From NCBI GenBank assembly GCA_001783065.1, contig MFQN01000004.1, forward strand, positions 22,836 through 86,835: a DNA stretch of 64,000 nt, in the 5' to 3' direction. The position numbers and the translations under genes were made by a program. Positions 38,867 to 47,881 of the stretch are shown here, piece by piece. Under the pieces are notes generated by a model, which saw only the letters and a list, made by a program, of their open reading frames with translations, did no database searches and was not told the DNA's origin. The DNA is from Candidatus Magasanikbacteria bacterium RIFCSPLOWO2_12_FULL_43_12 (GTDB taxonomy: Bacteria; Patescibacteriota; Patescibacteriia; Magasanikbacterales; UBA922). Position 1 is the first letter of the stretch, and every line of letters starts with the position of its first letter.

Positions 38867-38982
38867 AATTCACCCAATTCACCTAATTCCTAATTCACCT
38901 AATAAAACACCAAATTTTAAAATTTTACATTTAGATTTGGAAATTTTATTAGAAATTAGGTGAATTAGATCTTAGGTGAATT
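38867..38982. repeat. mini inverted-repeat element, AATTCACCT family
   Basis: aattcacccaattcacctaattcctaattcaccta ... ttaggtgaattagatcttaggtgaatt. Confidence 0.75.
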
Positions 38983-39064
38983 GCTTATTGAGATTTTGTC
39001 TCAACTTCTTGACTTGTCATTTAATTTGTATTATACTTACTTCACTCTTAATACTACAAACCCT

Positions 39065-39241
39065 ATGCCAAAACGCACTTACCAACCAAACAAGCGTCGG
39101 AGAGCGAAAAAACATGGTTTTCGCTCCAGAATGAAGACCCAAGACGGCCGCGCGGTCTTGAAAAGACGTCGAGTCAAGGGCAGAAAGAAACTTACCGTGA
39201 GCGACGAGCGCAAAGGCAAACGCACCAAAAGGACACATTAA
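39065..39241 (+). CDS. rpmH: 50S ribosomal protein L34
   Basis: '[23 protein letters not shown]'. Confidence 0.96.
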   Translation: MPKRTYQPNKRRRAKKHGFRSRMKTQDGRAVLKRRRVKGRKKLTVSDERKGKRTKRTH

Positions 39242-39307
39242 AACTTATAAACATTTAAACAAAGGCGGCGTGTGTCGCCTTTTGTGTTTTTATGTTAGAA
39301 TGTTAAT

Positions 39308-39691
39308 ATGATCCCGCAAGAAAATCGTCTAAAACACATGAAAGATTTTGAAATACTCTTTAAAGAGGGCAGATTTTTTGCCGGCAAATTTATTACCGCG
39401 AAAGTTTGGAAAATAGAGCCGGAAAAGTATCCTCGGCGGAAATATAACGCGGACGATTTGAAAATTGGTTTTGTTGTCAGCGTTAAGGTTAGCAAAAGCG
39501 CGGTTAAACGCAATCGAATTAAACGGCAAATGCGAGAAGTTGTTCGTTTGTTGTTGAAAGACGGGAAGCTGAAAACCGGTTTTCATGTTTCTATTATGGC
39601 GAAGCCTGGGACTGTTGGGGTGGAGTATAAAGAGATAGAGAGAGATATTAAAATGGTGTTGGAGAGAGCGGGGGTGGTGGGGGTAGATTGA
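39308..39691 (+). CDS. rnpA: ribonuclease P protein component
   Basis: 'GFVVSVKVSKSAVKRNRIKR'. Confidence 0.93.
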   Translation: MIPQENRLKHMKDFEILFKEGRFFAGKFITAKVWKIEPEKYPRRKYNADDLKIGFVVSVKVSKSAVKRNRIKRQMREVVRLLLKDGKLKTGFHVSIMAKPGTVGVEYKEIERDIKMVLERAGVVGVD

Positions 39692-39759
39692 GATAGGTGG
39701 AGATAAATGGAGATACATAGATGAAGAATATTTAGATTATAGTTTTTAACTAAAAATAT

Positions 39760-40317
39760 ATGTCACAAATTTGGAAAAGTATCATTATTATCATTATTAT
39801 GGTGGTCGTGGTTGTTGGTGGGGTTTACTTTTGGCAACAAAACAAAGAGGTTAAAAATCAATCAGCTGCGCGACAAGAAACAAAAGACCAAGAAGTATTT
39901 AAAGGAAGCGGATTTTCATTTGTTTATCCTTCTAAGTATGTTGCTGACGAGAAAGGGTTATGGACGGAAGAGGGGTATGAATGGCATCTTAATCCACCGG
40001 AAACTTGTAGCTTTTGTCACACGCCATATATTGCGGTAAAAGCAGAAGCCACGAATCAAACATTAACACAATATATTATTACCAACCTCGCGTTACCAGG
40101 GAATAGTCTGAAAGAGGCGTTTCAACAAGGGGGTATATCGTATGAAGAAATAAAAATTGGCGGCAGAGAATATATAAAAATTACCACAGACGAGATGGTT
40201 TTAACAACAGGGTACTATCTAAAAAATAAAAACACAGTTGTTTCTTTTCAGGTTTTTGGGGAGGGACAAGATGAAAACGAATTAAAAGAAATTGTTGGAA
40301 GTTTGGTGTTTGAGTAA
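39760..40317 (+). CDS. membrane-anchored hypothetical protein (PsbP-like features)
   Basis: N-terminal TM, 'GFSFVYP', C-terminal 'IVGSLVF'. Confidence 0.6.
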   Translation: MSQIWKSIIIIIIMVVVVVGGVYFWQQNKEVKNQSAARQETKDQEVFKGSGFSFVYPSKYVADEKGLWTEEGYEWHLNPPETCSFCHTPYIAVKAEATNQTLTQYIITNLALPGNSLKEAFQQGGISYEEIKIGGREYIKITTDEMVLTTGYYLKNKNTVVSFQVFGEGQDENELKEIVGSLVFE

Positions 40318-40561
40318 AAATGTGAAATTACGTTTTATTCTCCTTCTTCTTATCCGTCTCTACCAAAAAACCCTCTCTCCCGATCATGGTTGGTTTAAAT
40401 TTTTACACCCGCGCGGTTACTGCCGGTTTTACCCCACCTGTTCCGAGTACGCCTATCAGGTAATAAAAAAAAGAGGAATCATGATTGGGATTCCGAAAGC
40501 GATTTGGCGGGTGTTGAGGTGTAATCCATGGAGCGGTGGCGGGATTGATTCGCCGAAGTAA
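40292..40561 (+). CDS. yidD: membrane protein insertion efficiency factor
   Basis: 'YQKTLSPDHG', 'CRFYPTCSEY', 'RCNPW'; start uncertain. Confidence 0.92.
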   Translation: MLEVWCLSKNVKLRFILLLLIRLYQKTLSPDHGWFKFLHPRGYCRFYPTCSEYAYQVIKKRGIMIGIPKAIWRVLRCNPWSGGGIDSPK

Positions 40562-40591
40562 TTTGAATCATTTGATGTTAGTCATTCATTA

Positions 40592-40787
40592 CGCCCCGTA
40601 GGGGCGGTTGATAGTAGCCAGGCCTTTTAAGGCCTGGAAAGGATAAAATAAGTTTCAAAAGTCCCGTAGGGACGACAGAAACGGTGGCGCTTCAGCAAGG
40701 TTCTGTCGTCCCTACGGGACTGGTGTTGTTTGACTGGATTACCAGGCACTAAAGTGCCTGGCCACTGTCGAGCGTCCCTAACGGGAC
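40592..40787. repeat. REP/BIME-like composite, GTCCCGTAGGGAC family (copy 1)
   Basis: Four GYCCC-N3-4-GGGRC hairpins alternating with CCAGG...CCTGG hairpins, overall inverted symmetry. Confidence 0.85.
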
Positions 40788-40841
40788 TTTTGCGCGAGCG
40801 TTTGTTTTTCATCAATGATGGGTGTATTCCGCAATTAATTA

Positions 40842-41075
40842 TCACCTATCATCTATCTCTATTATTTTTTTCCTCCCCGTCTTTCCGCTAATAATTTTCA
40901 CACCATCTTTTTTTACCCCAAACTCTTTCGCCAAAAATTTCACCAACTCCTCATTCGCCTTGCCGTCAACCGGCGGGGCTTTTAGTTTTATTTTCAACGT
41001 GCCATCCGCCAGCTTACCGACAATTTCATTTTTGCCGGCGTGCGGGATGACTTTAATTTTTATTATTTGGGGCAT
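40842..41075 (-). CDS. DUF167 (YggU/UPF0235) protein
   Basis: 'APPVDGKANEELVKFLAK', 'ISGKTGRKK'; the ORF-track extension runs through a repeat. Confidence 0.88.
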   Translation of the reverse strand: MPQIIKIKVIPHAGKNEIVGKLADGTLKIKLKAPPVDGKANEELVKFLAKEFGVKKDGVKIISGKTGRKKIIEIDDR

Positions 41076-41095
41076 AGAAATTTGGCGCCGGTCAG

Positions 41096-41173
41096 CTCCC
41101 TCCTCGGAGGAGGGCGGGGGAGGTGTTGGTGGTGGGACAGCGAACACACCCCTCGCCCCTCTCTGAGAGGGGA
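41096..41173. repeat. GC-rich REP-like pair (DUF559-associated family)
   Basis: ccctcctcggaggaggg ... cccctctctgagagggg. Confidence 0.78.
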
Positions 41174-41219
41174 ATTTTCGAACCATTGGATCCACAATCT
41201 CTCCGAGAGAGAGGTTTTG

Positions 41220-42305
41220 TTATAAATCTATTGATGGTTTTTCCAGTTGCATCGGCTCAACCGTCCGCTCGCCTTCCGTGATTTTCACCACATCTTTCTC
41301 TATTTTAGCAAACTCTTTGTAAGAAGTATTGTAGTGATTAACGACCGTGCCCAAACTTACGCCTAATTTTTTCATATATTCTTCGTAAGATAACAAATGT
41401 TTTCCCAACTGTTCCACCTGTTGGCGGATCTCTTTGGCCGACTCCTCAATCTGTAAGGCGCGCAGGCCCTGCATTACTGTTTGAAGGTAAGCGAAGAACG
41501 ATGTCGGCGACACGATTATCACATGTTTTTCTTTGAAAGCGTATTCAATCAGGTCTTGGGTGTTGAGTTTTATCGCGCCGACCTGATTAATCAACAAATC
41601 GTAATAAATCCCTTCCGCCGGAATAAACATAAACGCGAAATCCATCGTCCCCTCTTTTGGTTTGATGTATTTGCTGGTTTCGTCAATCCGTTTTTTCAAA
41701 TCTTGTTTAAACAGTTTTTCCAACTCTTCGTGCCGGGCGGTATCTTTTTCTTCCAAAATGCGATTATAATTTTCCAAACTGAATTTTGAATCAATCGGGA
41801 TTATCTTGTCTTTAATGAAAATCGCCGCGTCAACAATATCGCCGTCGGAAAATTTGTACTGCATTTCATAAGCGCCTGGCGGCATCACGTTTTTCAAAAC
41901 ATTTTCCAAATAATATTCGCCCAGCACCCCGCGGTGTTTCGGATTTTTCAAAACATTCTCCAGACCCTGCAACTGTTCAGCGACCCCGACCACCTGCTTG
42001 TTGGTTTCATCCAATTTGGCGAGTTTTTCTGTTATGTCCGTAATGATTTTGACCGACTGGCCGAATTGTTGTTGAATTGTTTTGTGCATGTTTGCTTGCG
42101 TGTCATTAACAATTTTATGCGTGTCAGTCATTTTTTGATCCATTACACGCGACAAATCTTGGATTTGATTTTGCAGCATCACAAACAAATTTTGCTCGCC
42201 TTCTTTGGGTTTTTGCAAGGCGGAGAGTTTTTTGTATAACAAGACGAAACCGATCAGCAGGGCGATTGACAAGGCAGATAAGAAGAGGATTAAGAGTGTT
42301 TGCAT
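41220..42305 (-). CDS. rmuC: DNA recombination protein RmuC
   Basis: 'RGVLGEYYLE', 'IPIDSKF', 'SKYI', 'FMFIPAEG', 'SPTS'. Confidence 0.92.
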   Translation of the reverse strand: MQTLLILFLSALSIALLIGFVLLYKKLSALQKPKEGEQNLFVMLQNQIQDLSRVMDQKMTDTHKIVNDTQANMHKTIQQQFGQSVKIITDITEKLAKLDETNKQVVGVAEQLQGLENVLKNPKHRGVLGEYYLENVLKNVMPPGAYEMQYKFSDGDIVDAAIFIKDKIIPIDSKFSLENYNRILEEKDTARHEELEKLFKQDLKKRIDETSKYIKPKEGTMDFAFMFIPAEGIYYDLLINQVGAIKLNTQDLIEYAFKEKHVIIVSPTSFFAYLQTVMQGLRALQIEESAKEIRQQVEQLGKHLLSYEEYMKKLGVSLGTVVNHYNTSYKEFAKIEKDVVKITEGERTVEPMQLEKPSIDL

Positions 42306-42444
42306 AACCAATCATTTAATTTTTTGTTAAGCTCTCCCAACATTTTAACATATGTTAAGCGCTTCGTGAATACTTAACAAAAAGAAAGGAAACCTGATAT
42401 TTTTATTATTTTCCTGTTCTTCCCCACGCCATTTCAAAAATAAT

Positions 42445-42945
42445 TTAGCCCCCCACAAACTCCAATGACATTTTTACCGAGGCATTGTTTGATGGAAGCA
42501 AAACCACTTGTTTTGGATATCGTTTTTTTAAAGAGGAAATAAATTCGTCGGCCCAGCCGGGGCACAACACTTGGACGCCGGCGAAGTCAATAAAAATTTT
42601 TTCTTTACCCGAAATTTTTTTTGCCAATAAGGGCTGAAGAGCAAGCCACGTTTGTTGTCCATATGGTCTGGCGCTTAAAAAACGTCCAAACTTTTTTAAA
42701 TGAATAGTAACAGAGAGCGCTTCTGAGACATTATTTATTTTCGGCAAATTTTTTTCCAACGGAAGGTGGTAGTAGACTCGCGGTGGTTTGCCGGTTTTAG
42801 CAAGTAGTCCCCTATTTTGCAGTTTTTTTAATTGCCTAAAAATTGCTGGCGCGCCAAAGCCAGTGTAGTTAACCAGTTTTTTCGGCGATGCCTGTCGGTT
42901 TTTCTTTATGAAGTCCAGTATTTTTTGGCTGGTGTCTGTTTTCAT
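42445..42945 (-). CDS. HTH plus STAS-like (DUF4325) protein
   Basis: N-terminal winged HTH; C-terminal 'IDFAGVQVLCPGWADEF'. Confidence 0.7.
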   Translation of the reverse strand: MKTDTSQKILDFIKKNRQASPKKLVNYTGFGAPAIFRQLKKLQNRGLLAKTGKPPRVYYHLPLEKNLPKINNVSEALSVTIHLKKFGRFLSARPYGQQTWLALQPLLAKKISGKEKIFIDFAGVQVLCPGWADEFISSLKKRYPKQVVLLPSNNASVKMSLEFVGG

Positions 42946-43203
42946 AGTTTATGATATATAATATATAGTATATAGTATAGGGTAAGTTTTGTCAAGTAAT
43001 TTATCCACAAGGCTTCGTCTCGCCATGGCGGGACTACGCCATTGCAAGCAAGGCGCCAATCGATCCTTCCTGTTATTCTGCAGGCTGTGTGGCGGTTTTT
43101 TGTTATTGACAAAATTAGTTTTTAGTTCTAAATTATACCCTATCTGCCAAGTGCATGGAGACCATACCATGTGTTCGTGGATAAGTAAAGAAAGGAGTTA
43201 ATT

Positions 43204-43470
43204 ATGAGATCCGGGCCGCCACCATGTTATAATGGTAACAACAAGATGTGCATTGCGGCGATTTCACCGTCCACATGTCCCGGCTATGATGTGTTGGTCT
43301 GCGGTGATCAACTAAGCCCATCGGTCGTGGCCAGGGATCAAAAAAGCACAAAACGAGTCGCGTCAAGTGCGAGAACAAACAACAGCAACAAACCCACTCC
43401 CACCACTCCGCTCGGTCAGCACCCGCTTTGCCCACGCCACGATTTCGGCGAAGGCTCGGACGACACTTAG
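43204..43470 (+). CDS. small Cys/Pro-rich orphan protein
   Basis: AAGGAG RBS, upstream TTGACA, downstream hairpin. Confidence 0.45.
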   Translation: MRSGPPPCYNGNNKMCIAAISPSTCPGYDVLVCGDQLSPSVVARDQKSTKRVASSARTNNSNKPTPTTPLGQHPLCPRHDFGEGSDDT

Positions 43471-43614
43471 GCATGCCTGCTCTTTTCTCGCGGGGGTCTT
43501 GGTTTCTACACCATGACCCTCGCGCCTAAATCCATTGTCAAAGGATGGCTATTCAAGGGCCTTGCAAAAGTTTTTATTTTCGTGTAGAATTATTGAGAAA
43601 GCAAAATAAATTTT

Positions 43615-43689
43615 GCCCCCATAGTTCAACGGATAGAACAGGCCCGTCCTAAGGGCAAAATGTGTGTTCAATTCATGCTGGGGGCACCA
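43615..43689 (+). tRNA. tRNA-Arg (CCT)
   Basis: GCCCCCA/TGGGGGC acceptor, loop GTCCTAA, encoded CCA. Confidence 0.85.
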
Positions 43690-43722
43690 AGTAATTGAAA
43701 ATTATAAATTAAAAATTAACGA

Positions 43723-43796
43723 GGGCCTATGGTCTAGTGGTATGACATCGCATTCGCATTGCGGGGGCGGCAGTTCGATTCTGCCTAGGTCCACCA
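43723..43796 (+). tRNA. tRNA-Ala (CGC)
   Basis: G3:U70 pair, loop TTCGCAT, encoded CCA. Confidence 0.9.
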
Positions 43797-44068
43797 AAAA
43801 ACACCAAAAAACGAAAAATAGTGTAGAGTGTTGTATACTTTCGTGATAAAAATGGAGCACGGAGCACGTAACATGGAACAACGATTGAGTGGTGAGGGAA
43901 GAGATAAAAGTCAGTTCCATATGGAACTGGAAAATATTAGCGAGGCAAGGAAAAATATTAAGATTGAGCAGAGAAAACGTGTCGTAAAATATTTTTAGTA
44001 TAATTTAGCAAACCACCATGTGTTTTATTGACAAGTTTTAGGAGTAGTGATACAATTTCGTGGTCTGA

Positions 44069-44142
44069 GGGCCGTTAGCTCAGCTGGCTAGAGCGTCTCG
44101 ATGGCATCGAGAAGGTCGCTGGTTCAAGTCCAGTACGGTCCA
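44069..44142 (+). tRNA. tRNA-Ala (GGC)
   Basis: G3:U70 pair, TCTCG-ATGGCAT-CGAGA anticodon arm. Confidence 0.92.
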
Positions 44143-44217
44143 CAAACAATGGTCTCACCAAGGGGCCTTTTTGTATTATGTTGCTCGTGTAGGAGATCTG
44201 TGGTATAATGATCTTGT

Positions 44218-44886
44218 ATGGATGACCACACAAAAGAAAAAATAAAAGAACTTCGTGAGAAAGGCATGACCTATGGAGAAATAAAAAAAATACTGGGTCT
44301 TTCTGTACCAAAGAGCTCTTTGTCTTTTTACTGTAAAGGTGTTGGTGTGCCGGCTGATTACCAAAGTAAAATTAAGAGATTAAATATTGAAAATTTAAAT
44401 AAAGCTCGCGTATTGGCCAAAAGACAACAACAGGAAGCCAGGAACAGGTATTTGAAAAGTCTTTACTCAACCAACCAGCATCTTAGGAACAAGATTGATG
44501 TTCCAGATACAGCAAAATTACTACTTGCCTCATTGTATTTGGCAGAGGGTGGAAAAACTCAAAGAGGATCGTTGGTTTTTGGCAATTCAGATCCGAAAAT
44601 AATTAAACTTTTCTTGTTTTTACTTAGAAAGGCGTACACAATTGATGATAGGAAGTTTCGTTGTACTGTTCAGTGTCGCGCCGATCAAGATACTGAGAGG
44701 TTAAAAAATTTTTGGTCCAACATAACTCGAATACCCACTGGACAGTTTTACAAAGCACAGGTTGATAAACGGACGGTGGGCAAAAAAACACTAAAGCAAG
44801 GCTATTCTGGTGTCTGTCGCATAGATTACTTTTCTGCCGGTATCTTTAACGAATTGGGGGTAATTGGGACAATAATGACCGAATGA
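44218..44886 (+). CDS. HTH plus LAGLIDADG-like domain protein
   Basis: 'LREKGMTYGEI...KSSLS' HTH; 'LASLYLAEGGK', 'FGNSDPKII', 'FWSNIT'. Confidence 0.6.
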   Translation: MDDHTKEKIKELREKGMTYGEIKKILGLSVPKSSLSFYCKGVGVPADYQSKIKRLNIENLNKARVLAKRQQQEARNRYLKSLYSTNQHLRNKIDVPDTAKLLLASLYLAEGGKTQRGSLVFGNSDPKIIKLFLFLLRKAYTIDDRKFRCTVQCRADQDTERLKNFWSNITRIPTGQFYKAQVDKRTVGKKTLKQGYSGVCRIDYFSAGIFNELGVIGTIMTE

Positions 44887-44941
44887 TCAGTGTTCATAAA
44901 CAGCAACTTTATTTGAGGTTTTAAATTTAAGATTTTATTTT

Positions 44942-46039
44942 ATGTTATCAATCGGAATAGTCGGCTTGCCAAATGTCGGTAAATCAACGCTATTTAACGC
45001 TCTGACGCGCAGTAAACAGGCGGATGCGCAGAATTACCCTTTTTGCACGATTGAGCCCAACGTGGGCGTTGTAGAGGTCCCAGACGAGCGTTTAGCCCAG
45101 CTTGCCGAAGTCTCAAAATCAAAAAAAGTCATCCCAACCGCGATTCAGTTCGTTGACATCGCCGGTTTGGTTAAAGGCGCTTCCGAAGGCGCCGGTTTGG
45201 GCAATAAATTTTTATCTCACATCAGAGAAGTTGACGCGATTGTTCAGGTTGTCCGCGCGTTTTCCGACAGCAACGTTGTTCATGTGCAAAATCGCGTTGA
45301 TCCAAAAGAAGACGCGGAAATTATTAATTTAGAGCTAATTTTAGCGGATTTACAAACAATTGGAAAAAAGTTGGATACTACAAAAAAAGGCGCCAAAGGC
45401 AAAGTTGATGATAAAATTAAGGCTGAAATTGAAGTTTTGGAAAAGGTGTTGGATAGTTTGCAAGTTGGCAAGTTTGCAAGCGCGCAAGTGTATAGCGATG
45501 ATGAGGTGGCTATTGTGAGAGACTTGCATTTGTTGACGATGAAACCAGTGCTTTATGTGGTGAATGTGGACGAGAGTCAAAAGTCCATAAAGTCTTTAAA
45601 GTCAGTAAAGTCCGACGAATTGAATTTTGGTGATGCGGTTGAACACATAGAAATCAGCGCCAAAGTGGAAGCTGAGGTGGCGGAGTTGTCGCCGGAAGAG
45701 GCAAGGCAGTATTTGAAAGAGTTGGGGATTGAAAAAACCGGCTTAGATAAGCTAATTTTGGCCGGTTACAAGCTTCTGGATTTAGTTACTTTTCTTACTT
45801 CCGGCGAGCCGGAAACCCGCGCGTGGACTGTAAAACGCGGCACAAAAGGCCCGGAAGCCGCAGGCGTCATTCACACCGACTTTATCAAGGGTTATATCAA
45901 GGCCGATGTCTGCGATTGGCAAGATTTTGTCCAGTTTGGCGGTTGGAGCGGGATTAAAACATCAGGGAAGTTAAGATTGGAAGGGAAAGAATATGAAGTG
46001 AGAGATGGGGATGTTTGTTACTTTCATATAGCAACTTGA
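44942..46039 (+). CDS. ychF: redox-regulated ATPase YchF
   Basis: 'GIVGLPNVGKSTLFNALT', 'NYPFCTIEPN', 'DIAGLVKGAS', TGS domain. Confidence 0.96.
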   Translation: MLSIGIVGLPNVGKSTLFNALTRSKQADAQNYPFCTIEPNVGVVEVPDERLAQLAEVSKSKKVIPTAIQFVDIAGLVKGASEGAGLGNKFLSHIREVDAIVQVVRAFSDSNVVHVQNRVDPKEDAEIINLELILADLQTIGKKLDTTKKGAKGKVDDKIKAEIEVLEKVLDSLQVGKFASAQVYSDDEVAIVRDLHLLTMKPVLYVVNVDESQKSIKSLKSVKSDELNFGDAVEHIEISAKVEAEVAELSPEEARQYLKELGIEKTGLDKLILAGYKLLDLVTFLTSGEPETRAWTVKRGTKGPEAAGVIHTDFIKGYIKADVCDWQDFVQFGGWSGIKTSGKLRLEGKEYEVRDGDVCYFHIAT

Positions 46040-46100
46040 TTTGGTTCGTCTTTTTGTTATTGCATCGATTTTAAATTTTGATTTTTCAATTTTAAATTCG

Positions 46101-46211
46101 CAATAGTATACAACACTCTATACTATTGTGGATAACTCTGGGGAAAACTTGGCTAAAATGTGGATAACTTTTCATTTTTTAACCCAATAGTATACACTAG
46201 TGTATACTATT
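46101..46211. promoter_or_regulatory. two palindromic operator-like sites and two perfect DnaA boxes
   Basis: caatagtata-N8-tatactattg (46101-46128); perfect 26-bp palindrome 46186-46211; TGTGGATAA at 46127 and 46159. Confidence 0.65.
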
Positions 46212-46274
46212 TTTATTTAACAAGATTATTTTTTTGCTAAAATTAGCTTAAAATTATAAAAACAGCCCAAACCC

Positions 46275-46303
46275 TTGACAAGTGTTGAAAAATGTGCTAT
46301 ACT
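46275..46303 (+). promoter_or_regulatory. sigma70-type promoter
   Basis: TTGACA-17 nt-TATACT. Confidence 0.75.
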
Positions 46304-46309
46304 ATTAAT

Positions 46310-46700
46310 ATACTATAAAAATTGTTCTTTAAAAGTCAGGATTTGTTCCTTCTGAATTTATTCAGGTGGAGCACTTCCCTTTTTACTACTTAAAATTTCG
46401 AGCTTACCATTTATTAGCTCCCGACTCAATCGGGCAAAACAAAAACAAAAGCCAAAAATTAATGGCTAGCTCGAAACGGTGACTTCCCATTTATGCGCTT
46501 TGTGCCTTCGGGCCGAATCGTAGGGAATGTCTACCTTATGGCGGTAGAAAGGAGACTACTGTCCCCAAGGACAGTCGCGTTTCAGGTATTCTAAGTGTAT
46601 TTTAAACAAATACCTTTAGATTACCTGAAAGGCGTATCCTGGGGATACTGAGGCGGCACGCCGTTAAGTTATTTACCTAGGGCGCTTGACCGCCTTTTTT
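46310..46700 (+). ncRNA. candidate structured non-coding RNA (unassigned)
   Basis: No ORF >=60 aa; contiguous hairpins; bounded by a promoter and AGGCGG...CCGCCT-T5. Confidence 0.55.
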
Positions 46701-46720
46701 AATATACGAGTTTAACATAC

Positions 46721-46824
46721 GAATATACTAATGTACTAATGATACTAAATGTATACTAATCCCTTTGATGTTAAATATTCGTATCCATTAGTATCATTAG
46801 TACTCTATATCGTATATTAGTATT
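46721..46824. repeat. mini inverted-repeat element, TACTAATG family (copy 2)
   Basis: Arms near-identical to 12437-12538; central core reversed. Confidence 0.85.
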
Positions 46825-46930
46825 GTTGCTACTCTTGACAGCGGTGCGTTATTATTTTATACTGTCAGCCCTTGCGTTAGTTGCGGTTTTTATTTATAAT
46901 ACTATCGTATTATTCGGTAATGTTAATTAT

Positions 46931-47323
46931 ATGACCAAGAAGATTAGCGCGTTCAGCAAAGATTTTTTGGACAAGATCAACGGTTTGCTTTTGTCGGAAA
47001 AAACCAGACTGGAAAGCGAGTTATCAAAATTTACCACAAAAAACAAGCATATCAAAGGTGATTACGATGCGGAGTTTCCTGAATATGGCGATAAAGATGA
47101 CGAGAACGCTCAAGAGATCGCGCAATATACCGCGGACAAACCGATGGAGATCGCGTTGGAAAAAGAATTGCGCGACGTAAATAAGTCTTTGGAACGTCTA
47201 AAGAAAGACGATTATGGTGTCTGCAAATATTGTGATAAGCCGATTGATGAAAAGAGGTTGTTAGCTCGACCGACATCAGGCGCGTGTGTGAGCTGTAAGA
47301 AGGCGTTGACGGACGAAATTTAA
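46931..47323 (+). CDS. TraR/DksA C4 zinc-finger protein
   Basis: 'YGVCKYCDKPIDEKRLLARPTSGACVSC'; start at MTKKIS. Confidence 0.9.
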   Translation: MTKKISAFSKDFLDKINGLLLSEKTRLESELSKFTTKNKHIKGDYDAEFPEYGDKDDENAQEIAQYTADKPMEIALEKELRDVNKSLERLKKDDYGVCKYCDKPIDEKRLLARPTSGACVSCKKALTDEI

Positions 47324-47389
47324 GCCCACTAATTTGGCGACCACAAATGCCCACCAATTCGGCGACCACCAATCAACACTAATAAAACT

Positions 47390-47881
47390 ATGTTGAGAAA
47401 CGATTTCCGTCTATTTGTTTGCATACTGATAGGCGGATTTTTTTTATTGGCAGACCAGCTGTTGAAGTCGGTGGCGAGGAGCAATCCGGATTTTGAGTAC
47501 TACATCATTGGCAAGTGGCTGGGATGGGAATATATGGCTAATCCCGGTATCGCGTTTTCTCTGCCGTTTCCAAATTGGTTGTTGGTTTTAATCACACCGT
47601 TGATTATTTTCGGATTGATTGTTTGGTTAATTAAATTATCCAGCAAGAAGTCGTCTATCTCTTATCTCTTATCTCTTATATTAATCATTTTCGGCGCGTT
47701 ATCTAATTTTATAGACAGGGTATTGTTTGCGGCCACGATTGATTATCTACGCGTTTTGACAGGGGTGATAAATTTGGCGGATGTGGGGATTGTGGCGGGA
47801 GCGGGGATGTTGGTGGTAGAAGGTTGGGGGACGAAGAGACAAAATGGTGGCAAGAGGTTGTTTTTTGGGAAAAGAGTTTAA
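47390..47881 (+). CDS. lspA: lipoprotein signal peptidase II
   Basis: 'DQLLK', 'NPGIAFS', 'GALSNFIDR', 'NLADV'. Confidence 0.9.
   Translation: MLRNDFRLFVCILIGGFFLLADQLLKSVARSNPDFEYYIIGKWLGWEYMANPGIAFSLPFPNWLLVLITPLIIFGLIVWLIKLSSKKSSISYLLSLILIIFGALSNFIDRVLFAATIDYLRVLTGVINLADVGIVAGAGMLVVEGWGTKRQNGGKRLFFGKRV

Noticed and set aside
43852-43998. Short ORF MEHGARNMEQ... between tRNAs
   Set aside because: Under 50 aa, begins in a heptamer repeat, no recognisable motif
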